Shown here: positions 13,342 through 27,530 of the stretch, in pieces
How the letters are laid out: each line of letters opens with the position of its first letter
How positions within the stretch are numbered: position 1 is the first letter of the stretch
Origin: Anolis carolinensis
Lineage: Eukaryota
Assembly (NCBI RefSeq): GCF_035594765.1
Contig: NC_085842.1
Location: 92,790,782 to 92,854,781, forward strand
DNA length: 64,000 bases
Direction of reading: 5' to 3'
Program-made: the position numbers and the translations under genes
Notes under the pieces: generated by a model
What the model was told of the DNA's origin: nothing
The model's database searches: none
The model's input: the letters and a program-made list of their open reading frames with translations, nothing else

Positions 13342-14042
13342 CAGTGGAATCTCAACTTCTGAACATCCCAAGTTGTGAGCTTTTTGAGTTACGATCCATC
13401 GCTTGTCCAATTTTTTCATTCAACAAGTGAGTCGGATCTGAGTTACAAGCCCCTTCTAAGATGGCGACCGTGCTGGGAAACTGGGATGAAGAGAGAATGG
13501 CCTGCCGTGGGACTCTAGCAATGCTTGGGCCTGGAGCAAGCCATACAAGGCCAACAAGAGAGCTTGGGGGGAGCTTCCATGGCAGTGAGAAGAGCTGGAG
13601 ACAGTCCCAAAGGCAGGCCAAGCTCACAGGGAGGGAGAAAGGGGCCTTGGTGTGGGCAACTGGAGGTCTCCTTCCTCTCTGTCTCTGCCTTGAAGGGTGC
13701 ACAGTGGCAGGGAGGCCAAAAGGAAGCTGCTCAGGGAGGAAGGGAGGAAGGGAGGGGGCTTGGTGCGAGTGACTGGAGGCCTCATTTTTCTCTGTCTCTG
13801 TTTCTGAAGGGTAGATGGTGCTGGGGAGGCCGAGAGGGGGCAACTCAGTGAGGAAGTAAGGAAAGGCTGGCTGAAGCCCCTGAACCCCATGGAGCTTTGG
13901 CAAATAGTTTAATTTGTTCTGTGACTGAGCTCTGGAATAGATTCATAACATATCAATGGAAATATTTGTTTTGACATATGAGCAAATTGAGTAATGAGCT
14001 TGGTTACAGAACAAATTCAACTCATATGTTAAGGTATCATTG
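13342..14042. mobile_element. Tigger-like non-autonomous DNA transposon with a GC-rich interior containing a diverged tandem duplication of about 113 bp
   Basis: Degenerate TIR CAGTGGAATCTCAACTT / ATGTTAAGGTATCATTG, TA flanks; repeated unit GGGG.CTTGGTG..ACTGGAGG..CTCTGTCTCTG..TGAAGGGT at about 13641 and 13754. Confidence 0.6.
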
Positions 14043-15755
14043 TATCTCACATCCAGCAGAATGACTGTAAAAATGTATCCTTTCTATATAACTTGTTTCT
14101 TGTGGGCATTGAAAACCAGGAATATCCAGGTGAATGTATCTATTCCTATCTATAAATATTAAAGGGTGTCACAAGTGATCTATTCATTTTATAGACACAT
14201 ATGACTTAATCTTTCATTGCAAATCACAAATCTGCTCTGAACAGTCTACTGATTAAGAAATTACAGCACTTCTTTGAATCAAAGTGAGAGAACTGGCATT
14301 GAGCTTGGTTCTGGCAATGTGCTGTTAGTTAGGAAGATTTCCATGGTGTCCAGATTGTTTGATATTGTTTCAACCTGGTACCTTGGCTACTTGTTACCTG
14401 GAGACTATACTCATCTTTTCTCTCAGGTGATTGTTCTGTAAATATAAATAATTTGTCCAATTTGAAAAGCATTTCTAAAAATGACTGTTTCACAGTACAT
14501 GGTAGCTTGATGATGTGAGCTAAGGGAAGCAAGATTGAAAAACAGAGCATTTTTTTTAAAAAAATTCTGCTCCCCACTTGTAAAAGATGCAACACAGCAG
14601 GACTGCATTTGTGTGAGAATGTTTCCTTATGTTATTTTCACTTCACCCTATCTGTGTGTGTCTGTGCATGAACACACATGCACAAATGTACATGGTCCAC
14701 ACAATCTATCAGGGACTATTTATAGCAATGTGATTGAGTCTTTTTTTTTTACCAACTGGATATAGCATAGGCTTCATCTCCACCAAGTACTTTATCCAGG
14801 GTGACCACACACACTAAGCCAAACCTTCTGCAGTGCTGGGTTGGCATGCAGATGGCTAAGGCCACATCAGACCTACTGTGCCATCTCATCTGTATTGCTA
14901 CCACCACTCTTCACAGCCAGAGTTCCCTATGAGCATAAGGTCATCACCATTATGTTTGCTGAAGTCATAAGGGGGCACCTGTGAAATAGCAAGAAGTGAG
15001 TAGATTGATCCATCCCCCATTCTGACCACAGTTAATGTAGCTGCAATGACCAGATACTATCAAGGTCCTCTGTGACTGGTGAGGAGTCATGGTGGTGACA
15101 TGTGGATGACCCAACCCCTTCCCTACAAACTTATCACTGCAATGAAAGGGTCACTGTGGTGGTATGTGTGGATTGGGGCAAAACAGGCTAGCTACCCAAA
15201 TAGATGCAAAACCTATGGCTACTCTGGAGGGTCGTGCAGAATCCCCTGACTTTGCAAAGTTGGGCTAAGAAGAGAAACTCCAGATGTCACTATGTTACTA
15301 TGCCTCACGAAGACTGCCAGCACTGAATTTGGACTATGCTTTTTTGTTTTTTTAAAGCCCTAATTTTTATCTGTGTTACAATCTCACTGAAATACATAAT
15401 CTTACTGTTAACACAAGGAGCCGAAACAAAGACCCCAATTCTGCTCTATATAAAAGAAGAAAATGGCTGCCTCATTGCTTCAAATAATATCTCCCATTGA
15501 GAGATCTACATACATATATACTCAACAGACTTTGCTATTTTTACCAGAGCAAATATGAGGAAATGACTTTGCTCCTTTACTAGAGGGAGAGATGAGGAAA
15601 AGAGATTGAACTTCAGAAAATCTATCACTATGATTGTGATCTAGATTTTTTCTTTTGTCATAAAACAGAATTTAGTGATAGTCCCTAAAGATGAATACTC
15701 TGAGTTTGATTATGAAGGAGTTTATCTCTGCAATATTGGGTTTTGTCACTTCCTA

Positions 15756-15758
<3 letters not shown>

Positions 15759-15817
<59 letters not shown>
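15759..15817. repeat. (TTA)n microsatellite
   Basis: Read directly. Confidence 0.98.
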
Positions 15818-15889
15818 GGAAACAGAAACTTTTCAGACTGCAAATAATATGTGAGCAGATTATGTCAAAATCATGAAGTGAGTTTAAGT

Positions 15890-16457
15890 CCCCACATCTA
15901 TGTCCCCATGCCCTCCCAGTAACTTGGGGCCACCAACCCTCTCAACTCACCTCCCAAAAGGCTTAAAATAAAAGAAAATGTACCAGGCTGTCATACCGCC
16001 TCTCCAGTAGGCCTCCTGGCACATAAAAATTACATGCCAGGAGGCAGGGGGAGAGCAGGAGCTTTTTGATCGCCTCGCCTCCTGGCGCATTAATTTCTAC
16101 ATGCCAGGAGGCCTCTGGAGAGGCATCATGGTGTCCCGGTAAGTTTTTTAAATTTTAAGGGCCTTTGGGGGGGAGGGTTGGGGGGACTGCCTTCCTTGGT
16201 TCTCAGGGCTTTTGGAATCCCGAAGAACCGAGATGAGCTGTGGGGGCAGTCCCGTGGGTCAGTCCGCAAAGGGCCCATGCCCCATTAGACCCGGGCCTTT
16301 CAGGAAGGCCTGGGCATAATGGGGTATCAAATTAATTTGGGACAAAGCAGGGTCTACCTTTGTCCCAAATTAATTCACTTTTATCTGAGGCATCATTTGG
16401 ACGCCTCAGGTAAAAGTCCATCAGGGACTACATTTTGGGCCCTGTCTGGAAGGGCCC
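15890..16457. mobile_element. PIF/Harbinger-like non-autonomous element; right end clear, left end degenerate
   Basis: Ends CTGTCTGGAAGGGCCC then TTA, the same terminal type as the 45088 MITE; GC-rich palindromic interior. Confidence 0.5.
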
Positions 16458-17018
16458 TTAGACAACTCAAGACACTTTCTGAAACCCTAGCCTCTGCTCC
16501 TCCATTTGCCAACTAGTTTGCTTTGTTAGATTTCCAAGTGAAGTTAACGCCTAAATATAGACACCCTGCTTTTGGCATTGCCATCTATTTCCCAGAGACT
16601 CATATAAACACCCACATCAATTATCCCCTGTATCAGTGACTGTTTATAGTTAGCAAAGGGCATCCACTGCTGGAATTTGATTCATTTTGAACCACTGAAG
16701 GAAACAAATTCAGGACTATGACTGAGTTGTACAGCTCAGTGGTAAGGGTGTGCATGGTAAAAACATAAGGGAGAGATTAGAAATATTACTTCTTTGGAGT
16801 TGTAATTTTCAGAAGTCTCCAGTCAGCATAATGTTGCTTACCAAAACCCATGACATAAGGCTCCTTTCTATGGATAGAAATAATCTAGGGATAGAAATAA
16901 TTCTAGGAATAGGCATCATAATTTAAACTGCCAGAATCTTTGCATGGAATTGATAAATAATAACTATCATGCCAGAAGGAAGAATGGAAAAATACTGTAA
17001 TAGGAAGGAAGAATAGAG

Positions 17019-17360
17019 ACCTCATCACATGGATGAGGTCTAGTGTTGTGATTCACCAGTCTCCGTGGTGAATCAGGGAGGCAGCAGGGCAATCCTGGTG
17101 CCTCGGACGGCAGCTGATGCTTCCCCATCACACATAAGGAAGCGTTGCCACACTGATTTAGTGGTAGTATCGTTCTTCCTTACAGAACATGGGGAGGCCT
17201 CTATGTTGGCAGTGCAGCATTCTACCATGCTGCCACCCCAGTTCACCCATGGAGCCTTGTTGGAAGTCAGCCTATTTTGTCTGATGGGCAGTGTGAGGCT
17301 CCATGAATGAACTGGGGCAGAAGCGTCCTAGAACACTTTTTTTTCCATATGTGATGAGGT
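17019..17360. mobile_element. MITE-like element, probably Harbinger-like
   Basis: Perfect 12-bp TIR ACCTCATCACAT / ATGTGATGAGGT around a GC-elevated interior. Confidence 0.55.
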
Positions 17361-17720
17361 TGTAAGATTGTACATGACTGTCCCTAACCCAAAGGATGAA
17401 AACTCATTACAATAAGAAGGGTGGAAGGAAGGAATAGCATTGTCAGGTGCAATCACTGTATAAATGTTTGGAAATATTGCACAGGTTCATGAATATATAT
17501 GCATGTGTATAGATTTTTTTTGTTCTTCTTTTATGGATGTGGAAATATAATATATATATATATATATTTAAGAAACACAGATGGGTACAAGAGAAAATTA
17601 AGCCTGATGTCTTGCTAGTAACCAAAATGACTAAGCTGATGCTATCATACTTTTGAGATATAATTATTCATTAGAAAAAAAAACAGAAGGAAAAGAATGA
17701 AACTGTCACTGGTTCTACGG

Positions 17721-17854
17721 CAGTGTTTCTCAAACTGTGGGTCCCCAGATGTTTTGGCCTTCAGCTCCCAGAAATCCTAACAGTTGGTAAACTAGCTGAG
17801 ATTCTAGGAGTTGTAGGCCAAAACACCTGGGGATCCACAGGTTGAGAACCATTG
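17721..17854. mobile_element. hAT (Charlie/hobo-type) palindromic MITE
   Basis: CAGTGTTTCTCAA / TTGAGAACCATTG ends; 8-bp TSD TTCTACGG / TTCTACAG. Confidence 0.85.
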
Positions 17855-18775
17855 TTCTACAGATCAACACCACTTTAACTGCCATGATTCAATTTTATGG
17901 AATTTTGAAATTTTATAAAGTCTTTAGCTTGCTCTGCCAAGGCGCTTGTCCCTCATCAAACTACAACTCTCATGATTCCACAACAGTTAGAGGGTATGAA
18001 GCTGCATTAATGTCTTGCCAGCCTGCATTACAGGTGGATTGGCACCTGCACAGGATCCAGATCCGAGCATTAACCAACCTATCACTGGATAGCTGCCAAA
18101 GTAATAAAGAGGAGGCTGCAAATGACCACTAGGGGAGCTGCTCACTCTGTGCGACCACTGTCATTGGGGTGGGTGATAGTTTCAGACTCCCAGATCCAGG
18201 CTCCATGTCAACTGCCCCCTGAGTTGTGACAACATACAAATTCAACATGCCCCCACATTCCAAGATCAACCAGCATTAAAAAAAGGGGGGGGGATGGAGG
18301 CTGAGGTGGAGGGAGGGAGGGTGCTCAGGTACAGGCTCCCTAGGAGCACAGGGAGCTCCCTGAATAAATCCAGGTGACAGAACTGACTGGAAGCATCCAG
18401 ATGAACACCAGGGTATGCCAGCCTGCCATGAGCAAGGGGAAACTCAAGGGGTGCTGGGATGCCAGCCATTTTTGAGGATGGTAAGGAAAGGCAAAGATGT
18501 ACAAAACCGCACTTCAGGGTGGCTGGCATAACTCCACACTCCCTTTGTGAACAACAACAACAACAAGAAGACTTTATTACAGTCCATGACTAGTACAGAG
18601 TGAGGCACAAATGCCCTGGGAAGGGGAAACACAGTTCTCTCTATGTATTTTCCCCTTTTTATTATTACCTTTTTAATAAGCATTTTGCCAGTTGATTTTT
18701 TTAAAGTACTGGAAGGGAGCATGACAGATGCTAACACAGAAGTGTCCATACTCACTATGTAAGGTAAGTCCTGGG

Positions 18776-19099
18776 CAGAGCCGGCCCTGGGTATTTTTCA
18801 AGTGTAGGCGAACAGAATTTTGCCCCCCCCCCCAAACCAATCACTGAAAAATAAAAGCGTTGGATAAGCGAAAATGTTTGATAATAAGGAGGGATTAAGG
18901 AAAGGCCTATTAATCAAATTACATTAAGATTTTACAAATTAAGCACTAAGACATCATGTTTTACAACAAATCAACAGAAAAAGCAGTCCAATACCTTGCG
19001 GAGACAGGCCACAGGAGACAGGAGTTGCCTCGGTGGTGCCCCCAACAAGATGGCGCTACAGGCAACTGCCTAGTTGGCCTGGTGGTTGAACCGCCTCTG
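18776..19099. mobile_element. hAT non-autonomous element carrying a Tigger-MITE fragment
   Basis: Perfect 8-bp TSD GTCCTGGG; ends CAGAGCCGG / CCGCCTCTG; 18858-18995 matches the CAGTAGAGTCTC MITE interior. Confidence 0.85.
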
Positions 19100-19583
19100 G
19101 TCCTGGGTCAGTGGCAGTTTCATCATGAGAAACTGGCAGATTGGCAGTGAGTATCACCTGACATCATGCAATAGAGACAATAACTTTTGATGTGCCAGTT
19201 CACCATTTCTGTGTGATGTCCCTAGTCTAGCTATAAAACTATAATTATCCATTGTTACTTGCAAGATCTGGAAGCATACTTTTTGTAATGTTTTTCAAAT
19301 TATATGTCTTGAGATATAAAAGATTTCAGATTTACATGGCTGAAATGTTTTCAGCTATTTTTGAAATAAAATCTACTTCTTTACAGCCAGAGACCTTGTT
19401 TCTCATTAAAATTCAGATTTTTATCAGACACGTTAAGTTTCATTTGTTTTTTTAAAAAGCCTATTAAACTATGCAATATGTTAGCAACTAACAAAGATCA
19501 ATTTCAAATATCAGAACTATTTGATCTTTACTTCTCATCATATTCACTCACTTCGTCATACGTTTTTATGCCTTGTTGTATTA

Positions 19584-19719
19584 CAGTGGTTCTCAATCTG
19601 GAGTCCCCAGATGTTTTTGGCCTTCAACTCCCAGAAAACTTAACAGCTGGTAAACTGACCGGGATTTTAGGTAGTTGTAAGCCAAAAACATCTGGGGAAC
19701 CACAGGCTGAGAACCACTG
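19584..19719. mobile_element. hAT palindromic MITE, same family as 17721
   Basis: CAGTGGTTCTCA / TGAGAACCACTG TIR; TSD TTGTATTA / TTCTATTA. Confidence 0.85.
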
Positions 19720-19801
19720 TTCTATTAGAACTGATATTTTTGTTTTATTTTTAATTATAATGACTTCAGTAGAATAATGTATATAAAAGATGTTTCTAGA
19801 G

Positions 19802-19986
19802 CACATATGTTAAATACAAGGCTCGTGGGCCAAATGCAGCCCACCACATCATTTTATGTGGCCTGCAAGGTTTTCAATGCCAGTGCAACACAGTTTTATT
19901 TATACAGTCTTACAATTACAGACAACCCTTTGAAGGTAACCATAAAGCTGATGTGGTCCTCGGTGAAAATGAGTTTGACACTCCTG
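19802..19986. mobile_element. Older hAT MITE
   Basis: Right end GAGTTTGACACTCCTG, degenerate left end; TSD TTCTAGAG / TTGGAGAG (6 of 8). Confidence 0.55.
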
Positions 19987-22357
19987 TTGGAGAGCAAGGA
20001 ATGGTAACGTAAAGAACTCCAAATATCATAGATTCTGCTCTGGTGTTTTTGAAACACCAGAGTACCTCCATGCCATGAGTTCAACCCAGGTTGAAGAATG
20101 CAAAACATCTGGAGGCCCATCATGGGAATGAGGCTGATATAATGCTCAGACTGGACCTGGAGGAGACTGCAAGAAAGAATTTTCATGAACCAAGAGGGTA
20201 GGATTTCAGGAAGGTATTGAACTTAAAGTTTGACCACATTTTCCTTAGTTGTAACTTTGCTGTAGTGTAGTAACCTGGCATTAAAGATATTTCCAAGGTT
20301 TCTCCTGTGAGTGCCTTTGATTGCTATCAAAGTTCTGCCATCATCACACTAGAAGCTTGTTAAAACTTTAGTTTCTGTGGCAGTTCATGCTAGGATAATT
20401 TTTAAAAAGAAGATACAAAGCACTATTAATTAAAACATAGGTAGTTTCAGGGAAAACTTCCAGATTCATTATACAATGAATCTGGCAGTTTTCCCTGAAA
20501 GCTGATTTTGCAGATAGCATATCAAAAGCAAGTAGGTCATGATGAAATGAATTGATATGAAAGTACGCACATGGGTTTAAACTCAACGGGGAGGGGGGGG
20601 GGGTTCCATTTCATGTTATAAAACTGCCAGTTCAACACTAAAGAATCACTCATATCAAAAAAATACAATCAGTGGCATGTTGGGCAGATGTATATATGAC
20701 AGCAAATTATCCAATTATACATAATAATGACTCTTTATACAACTGGAAACACGCTCTTTGCAGTGTAAGAAAGGAAGCCTTCATAGTTCCAATATAAAAT
20801 ATTATTGTATCCACATTTTTTATACACCCAGACTGTGAATGATGGGATGATGAACCCAGAGACGAGAACTTAATGATTAGTAACAAAAAGATTAATCAAC
20901 TTAATATTTGTTTTTTTTGGGGGGTGATATCTCCAAGTTAACTTGTTATCAACAGTCTGGGTCAAATTTTGCAAACCTGGAGCTAGGAGCTTGTTGATTG
21001 AACCTGTTCAAAAATTGATTTTGCCCATAGCATATCAAAAGCAAATAGATCAGGATAACAGGAACAGATATAAAGGACAAACAATTGATAAACAAGTATA
21101 CTCAGCCCTTTATATCCTCAGATTCTTTGACATGGTTTGTATTAAGGAATATGCACAAGGTCTTTGGACAAATGGATTTATGCATTTCATATTTTTAAGT
21201 TTTGTATACTGACTCATGTGTTTTAATGCTTAATGTAAATTGTTTTTAATTGCTTTATGTTTTATTGGATTGTTGTTTTATTGGCACTGAATTTCCTTTA
21301 GGTGACAAAGGTAGGATAGAATTCATGTAAATAAATAAATAAATAAATTCTTCACCCATAGATTCGATCGTCCATGGCCGGAAAATATTTTTAAAAATCC
21401 AAAAAAGGGAACTTTGATTTTACCATTTTATATAAGAGAGATTGTTTTACTACATTATTGTATTTAATGACACTGAAGCATCCATGGATTTGGTCAGCAG
21501 ATAGTAACAGCCCACTGTACTCACAAACATGGCATACCAACAGTTTACAAATACGTATGGAGTTCAGCAGTTAACTATGACAACTGGCAGTGATGGTTAC
21601 TGTAAAGATCCTTCCCTCCACTGTAGTTTCAGCTGCCTCAGTAACTCATCTTTCTGTCATTTGGTAGAGTCTGAGAAGCAGAGGTCGAAGGCTGGTTCAC
21701 CCTGCTCTCTCTTTCCCAGTGACTGGATTCTGAGCGGGAGGAGGTGCTGCGTTCTGAGCCTCAGCATAGTTTTGTATGAGCTGGCAACTGTGGAACAAAT
21801 GAGATTGGAGCTGTTGCTAGGATCTGTGTGTGAGTCAGTAAGCTAAAAAGGGAAGGGGGAGCAGTTGAGATTCTAAGAAAGAAGAAGAGGGAAAGCAAGA
21901 GAAGAGCTTTGGGTGGGGTGAAAATGTATTTCTCACAAAAGCCCATATATTTGTTTCCTTCTTTCCCTAGTGCAAAATAAGGATGGATGGAGGAGGCAAT
22001 GCATCAATGAGATTTTGCATTTCTTTTATTGAAGTCACCCACCTTAAATATAAATGGCATCAATTGAACTATGAAACATTTGTCCTCTTGCCAGCAGTTA
22101 ATGAAACTACAAGTTATTTTCTATCAGTTTTCTCATTTCTGGATAAAGTTCCAATAAACAACTGTAATCAGAATTATTATTCTCTATGTTACTGTGAGAA
22201 TTCTGCTGCCTTTTCAGAAAAGGAGAAGATCAAAGGTGGAACCTGAACTTCTAACAAGATTATCAATACTGAGACAATATTATTAATAATAACAATAATA
22301 ATTTTTTTAAATTTATATTCCGCCCTATCTCCCCAAGGGAACTCATGAATACATTTA

Positions 22358-22581
22358 GGGTGCATCTACACTGTAGAACTGATGCAGTTTGACACCATTT
22401 TAACTGTCATAACTCAATGCTTATGAAATCATGGGAGTTTTAGTTTTACAAATTCTTTAGACTTCCTTGCTAAAGAGTGCTGGTATCTCACCAAAGTACA
22501 ACTCCCATGATTCCATAGCATTGAGTCATGGCACTTAAAGTAGTGTCAAACGGCACAAATTCTACAGTGTACATACAGCCC
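22358..22581. mobile_element. PIF/Harbinger-like palindromic MITE
   Basis: GGGTGCATCTACACTGTAGAA / TTCTACAGTGTACATACAGCCC with TTA and TAA flanks; long internal inverted arms; partial copy at about 17862-17980. Confidence 0.75.
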
Positions 22582-22980
22582 TAATGTATCAAGCATGAAC
22601 AATCACTTTTCCTTTCTAAATGCACTAACCAAGGAACTAACAAAGACCATGTTTGGCTCTAAACAATTTATGCAAAGTTCTGCATATTGTTGAACATTTT
22701 CCGCTGTTTTTCATGTATAGTGAGAATAGTACCAAAATCTCTAAACAGAATGCAGTTTGTTGATGACAGTAAACAAAGAAAGACTCCAGGATGAAATTCT
22801 GGCCAGATGGAAACCTAAATGAAAGGAAAACTTCTCTTTCTTTCATAAATACCACCAGTGCCTGAACCATCAATTCAAACTCGCACATCCTTTCTCATAT
22901 GCACATATAAATGCACATGCACACATTCAATTTACCCCCTTCACCAAACCATTTCTTCCTTCTCATCTAGTTTTCCTGAA

Positions 22981-23437
22981 TTTATTAATTTATTTATTAC
23001 AACATTTATATCCCTCCCTTCTCACCCAACAGGGGACTCAGGGAGGCTTACAATAAAACATACATATAAAACCTGTACAATACACTATAAATCAGTTAAA
23101 AATTAACTTACATAAAACATTCATAAAACATTATAAAATACAGATAGGCGTGTTCAAGTTTAAAATACTGGGTCTGTCAATTGAGTTCCAGCGTACATAA
23201 TAGTAATTAATGCTGCTGATTCTTATTCGAAGGCCCCACAACCAAGTTTTAACCTTCCTACGGAAGGATAGGAGGGAGGGAGCCTGCCTGACTTCAATGG
23301 GGAGGGCGTTCCATAGGCGGGGAGCCACTACTGAAAAGGCCCTGTCTCTTGTCCCCGCCAGCCGCACCTGTGAGGCTGACGGGACCGCGAGCAGGGCCTC
23401 ATCTGATGATCTTAAGCTTCGAGGTGGGTCTACTGGG
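22981..23437 (-). mobile_element. L2-clade LINE 3' fragment
   Basis: ORF 23131-23448 reads RSLRSSDEALLAVP..RDRAFSVVAPRLWNALP..FRRKVKTWL; L2 3' stem and TAAA tail at about 22981-23050. Confidence 0.88.
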
Positions 23438-24696
23438 AACCTTGTCACCAGTAGACTTCATTCTACATACTCAAAATCTCTGTGTTGGCAGAATGTCACA
23501 TTAACATAATTTTATGCATTTAATTTCATAGGTTGTTTGCAAAAGAGAAGAGTAAGAAAACTTCAAAGGTCAGTAGCTTTAAGCTCTAACCTATTTAAAA
23601 AGAGGATCAAGGAAAAGGACAGATGTCTTGTGACAGAAAGTGAGAGAATGTTTTGTAGCATATTTAGGTAATGCAATTACATCTTCTTGAGGTGTCAACT
23701 TAACAGTTTGAGTATTTCACAAAGTAGATAAAATGCCACTGATGCAATTTAAAAAACAAACAAAAAAAACAAAAAAACAAAACAAAAACAACTCTCTACT
23801 CTGAATGGAAATGACCTGTTTTCTCAGCCAGGGCATTACATGGTGGTGATACTCTATTTTTAATTAAATCCAATGAGTTTTAGTCTGAAATTTAGGCTGA
23901 GTCTACTCAGAAATTTTCCAAAACATACTAAACATCATTATTTTCAGTGTTTCTCCTTTACATTGGAAAATTTCCATTCCACCCATCATAGAGCAGTGAA
24001 GATGGTGGAGATCACTTTCCTGGGCTCCAAAGGGTTGAAGTCACACAAAAAAATGAGTGGGGAGAAGGAGTGGGGTTGGCCTGCTTGGATTAGGTGGTTC
24101 CACCCTATTCTTTCCCCCTTTGGATTCTTTGCCCACCCTTCTACCTTTTTCAACAGGGTGAGATTTCTGGTTGCTTTGGAACTGTGTAAGATTTTCCCCT
24201 TTTCTTAAGGTTTTTTTTTCTCCTACTTTACATCATCAAGGAGGACTGGACACCTGGCTAAAGTTGGAGTAATAAATAGGTCTTCCTGTCAGGTTTTGTG
24301 GGGAGACAGAAGCAAGTGATGCACCTTCTGGCATATTTGGGGTAGGATGGGAATTTGAACTGTGATTCATGTGATTCTAGGGTTGGTGAAACGTTCTGCC
24401 CTTGGGGCTCTGTCTCTGGGTCTTTGCCCTCCCCAAGGGCCATATAGCTGGAGGATTTACACTTTCTGATCAACCTTTCAGTTTAAGTTTACTAGCTGGC
24501 CTGGAATTCCTCTTGGGGCTAAGGTATTTTCACCCAGGGCAGTCTGGGGAATCTGGTCTGAGACAGACTGTTCTATCTGCTCCCACACCAAGAGGCTTCC
24601 CCTATTAGTTTTTATTATTACCAAAATAAAATTGAGTTATAACAGAAGAAGCACAAGGCACATCAGGAATAGCCCAGAACAGTAATGATCTAGTAG

Positions 24697-24790
24697 TTTA
24701 TTTATTTATTTATTTGCAACATTTCTACCCCGCCCTTCTCACCCAAGGGGACTCAGGGCAGCTTGCAACAACCGGCAAAATTCAATGCCA
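24697..24790 (-). mobile_element. L2 or L2-tailed SINE 3' tail fragment
   Basis: (TTTA)n then CCCCGCCCTTCTCACCC..GGGGACTCAGGGC. Confidence 0.7.
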
Positions 24791-26793
24791 AACAAATCAA
24801 TATGTGCTAGTGGGGAAATGTTAGTTGGAAAAAATTGCAAAACAATTATATGTATATAGAAAGCTACAAAGCATGGCTATGTTTACATGAGATATAAAAT
24901 AGGAATATCTGTTGAAGAACCTCTTAGGTGAAATTCAAATAAAAAGACAGTCTATATTTCATGTCTATTTATTTACATTTTTTAAAACCAGTAAAGAAAC
25001 ACATTCCTGAAAAGAAGTACCAAAATATCCGTGTGTATATATGCTTCTACTGTATATAACAAGTGAGAGCTGTTAAAATGCACACATTCCCATTGCTTAT
25101 ATCCAGAGGGAATCAGTGATTCTCAAGTGACTCAAATGGGGCTCTCTCCTGGTGAACACATGACGGTTTGTTTCCCAGTAAATATTCAGAGAACATCAGT
25201 GAGCCACTTCAGTGGCTTTCAACTCCAGGGGGGGAAATCATGACAGGATAACCAACCAGCCCTTAAGGCTTCTGGGAAAGATCAAATGACAGAAAAGGAA
25301 GAATTTCAAACTGGTTTTGAATATCCTGGGCAAAAGTCTCTAAAACTCTTTCTGTGCCTAGGCTATCACTAGACTTGTCTTGTACTGCCCTGTTCATGGA
25401 ACACAGCTTGCTTTTCTGATTATAAAATTGGTGTGGTCTCCTTAAAAATCAGAGCTATTCATCAAAGCAAAGCTCAGCTTCTTGGTTTTTTGACCACAAT
25501 ACAAAATGAATGCATTGTTCTAGAGTCACCACTGGAAGGCATATGTTAAAGCAGCACACACAGAAGCCAAGCAGATTTGGGTCTGGTTAGTGGTTGAATA
25601 AGGGACCAGAATTTGGAAACTTATTTAAGAATAATTCATTATTCTCAAAGCATTCTCACTACAAACTCCAGAAATGTATGAGTTACTATTAAACCAGAAA
25701 ACACATTGCAACTTACTATGTTGTTTTGTTGCATTACTTGTTATTTCTCAAATGCTTTTTCACCCACTCATGTCTTTTAAAAAGTATGAGTCAATAAGAG
25801 AATGGCATAAAACTTGGAAAAATAGTGCTTACATGTCAAAAAGTCCTTTTAAGGGTAACTTCTAAAATTGGTATTAAACGTTATTTTTGCATTCTCATTT
25901 TTACAACTAGGCTCTCACTAGCTCATACAGTGCTTTTGTACTTTACTTACTTAGGAGATCTCTCCTTGTCCAAGTATGATTGTCTTTGTTTTATTTTTTC
26001 TCTCTCTTGATGCCATCACTATAGTTTGTTGAAACAATCATATTAAAGCGATATTACTAGTTTGAATGCAAATTTAGCTGTTTGATGTGCAGCTGGGAGA
26101 AGCCAGTTTGCCAGGCCTTCTTCTGCATGGAGCCCTTCCAGGTCCCTAAACTGCTACACAGAGAATTGGGTAATCCTGCTGGGTAGAAATAGGATGTAAC
26201 ACAGCAGGCTGAGAGGGAAAGTGGGTAGAAAAAGCTTTTGAAACCATTGGCAAGCTTAACATGGCTGGCTTCAGAAGCAACATCAGATCTGATTTCAACA
26301 TGTCTTTACTCAAACAATACTATTTTAGAAAACTATTGTTTTGAAGTGTATTCTCCTGAGGTGGTGCTGGTCCTTTTGTATCTCCATGGAATAGATCCAC
26401 ATTTTCTTTGTCCCATTGTCCCCTGGTCATCTCCTGCACTCATCACATTAAGCAATAATTGGCAGCGTTTCCCTTTGCTTCATGTTTTATATTGTTTCAA
26501 TCCTTTAAGCATGACTCTCAGTTTATCCATGGGTCATATCAAAATCTATATTTTTGACCACAAAACCTTCCCTTGCTTTATACATGACATCAACATACAC
26601 TCAAGTATATATGGTAAGTGTGTTTCAGTTCACTAAAACACATACACACACTGCTATCTTTGAAAACATCAGGGCAAATGCCACACCATTTTCCCATGTC
26701 TGAAATGGTCTGTGCGCTACTTTATTCTAAACACATCTTTTTCTTGTAAATTGCAGACCCCCTATCTCTTATACTCTGCAGACAAAATTAATA

Positions 26794-27530
26794 TACTATC
26801 TGAGAATACACCCGTGTTGCATAAATATATTGGCTGTTAAAGGTTGTAATCATATTTTATCTCAACCTTGTTCTCTCATTCTATTGAAAAATATGTATTA
26901 GCAGATAAATCCACACATTCTTTGTGGCCACCCCTCGTCTTCAACTATTACTTATCTCACCTGAGGTCTTTAGAATTAACTACCATTTTCTTTATTTAGG
27001 TTTTTTTTTCTTTAACACCTGAAATTTCACCTGAAAAATAGCCAACCTTCCTTCTTTGCAGCTAGAAATATATAATTTGAAAGGAAAGAAGAAGAATTCC
27101 ATTAGCATCTTTATGATTAACAAGAGGAAATAAAATCATACGCAATTCAACCATTTTGGGTGTGTATGTTTGTGTGCTAGTGTCTCACAGCTGCACACGA
27201 GGAAATGTGCGCATTCATCCAACACATGCAGCTAAGAAATAAATGCAAATCATGTATTCTTATGAGGACTTCCTCATGTTCATGTACACCATATGCCATA
27301 TAATTTCAATTAAACCCAATTCAGACATACTTTTAAAGTAGGTAAGATTCCAATCAAGAACTAATTAAGATGTCTCCCAGGACCCTCCAAAATGAATATA
27401 TGAATGATTTCATCCCCCAGTATTTTAAGTTAGATTATCCCAAACACGTCATCCAAGTTCAGTGAAATCCTTCCAGAATTTTTTTCATAATGTGGAAACA
27501 AACAGAAAGAAAATTTTGTTCTATATATAT
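26794..27530 (-). mobile_element. Possible old non-autonomous Helitron
   Basis: Left end resembles a reversed Helitron 3' terminus (TACTATCTGAGAATACACCCGTGTTGC); right end resembles a reversed TATATATA-rich 5' start. Degenerate. Confidence 0.3.

Noticed and set aside
13352-13903. 183-aa proline-rich ORF
   Set aside because: Interior of a MITE with a tandem duplication; no domain.
20038-20062. 11-bp perfect hairpin CTCTGGTGTTT/AAACACCAGAG
   Set aside because: Isolated and short, with no supporting context.
23816-24681. Possible old solo LTR (AATAAA near 24626, ends CAGAACA)
   Set aside because: No TSD, no second copy and an uncertain left boundary.
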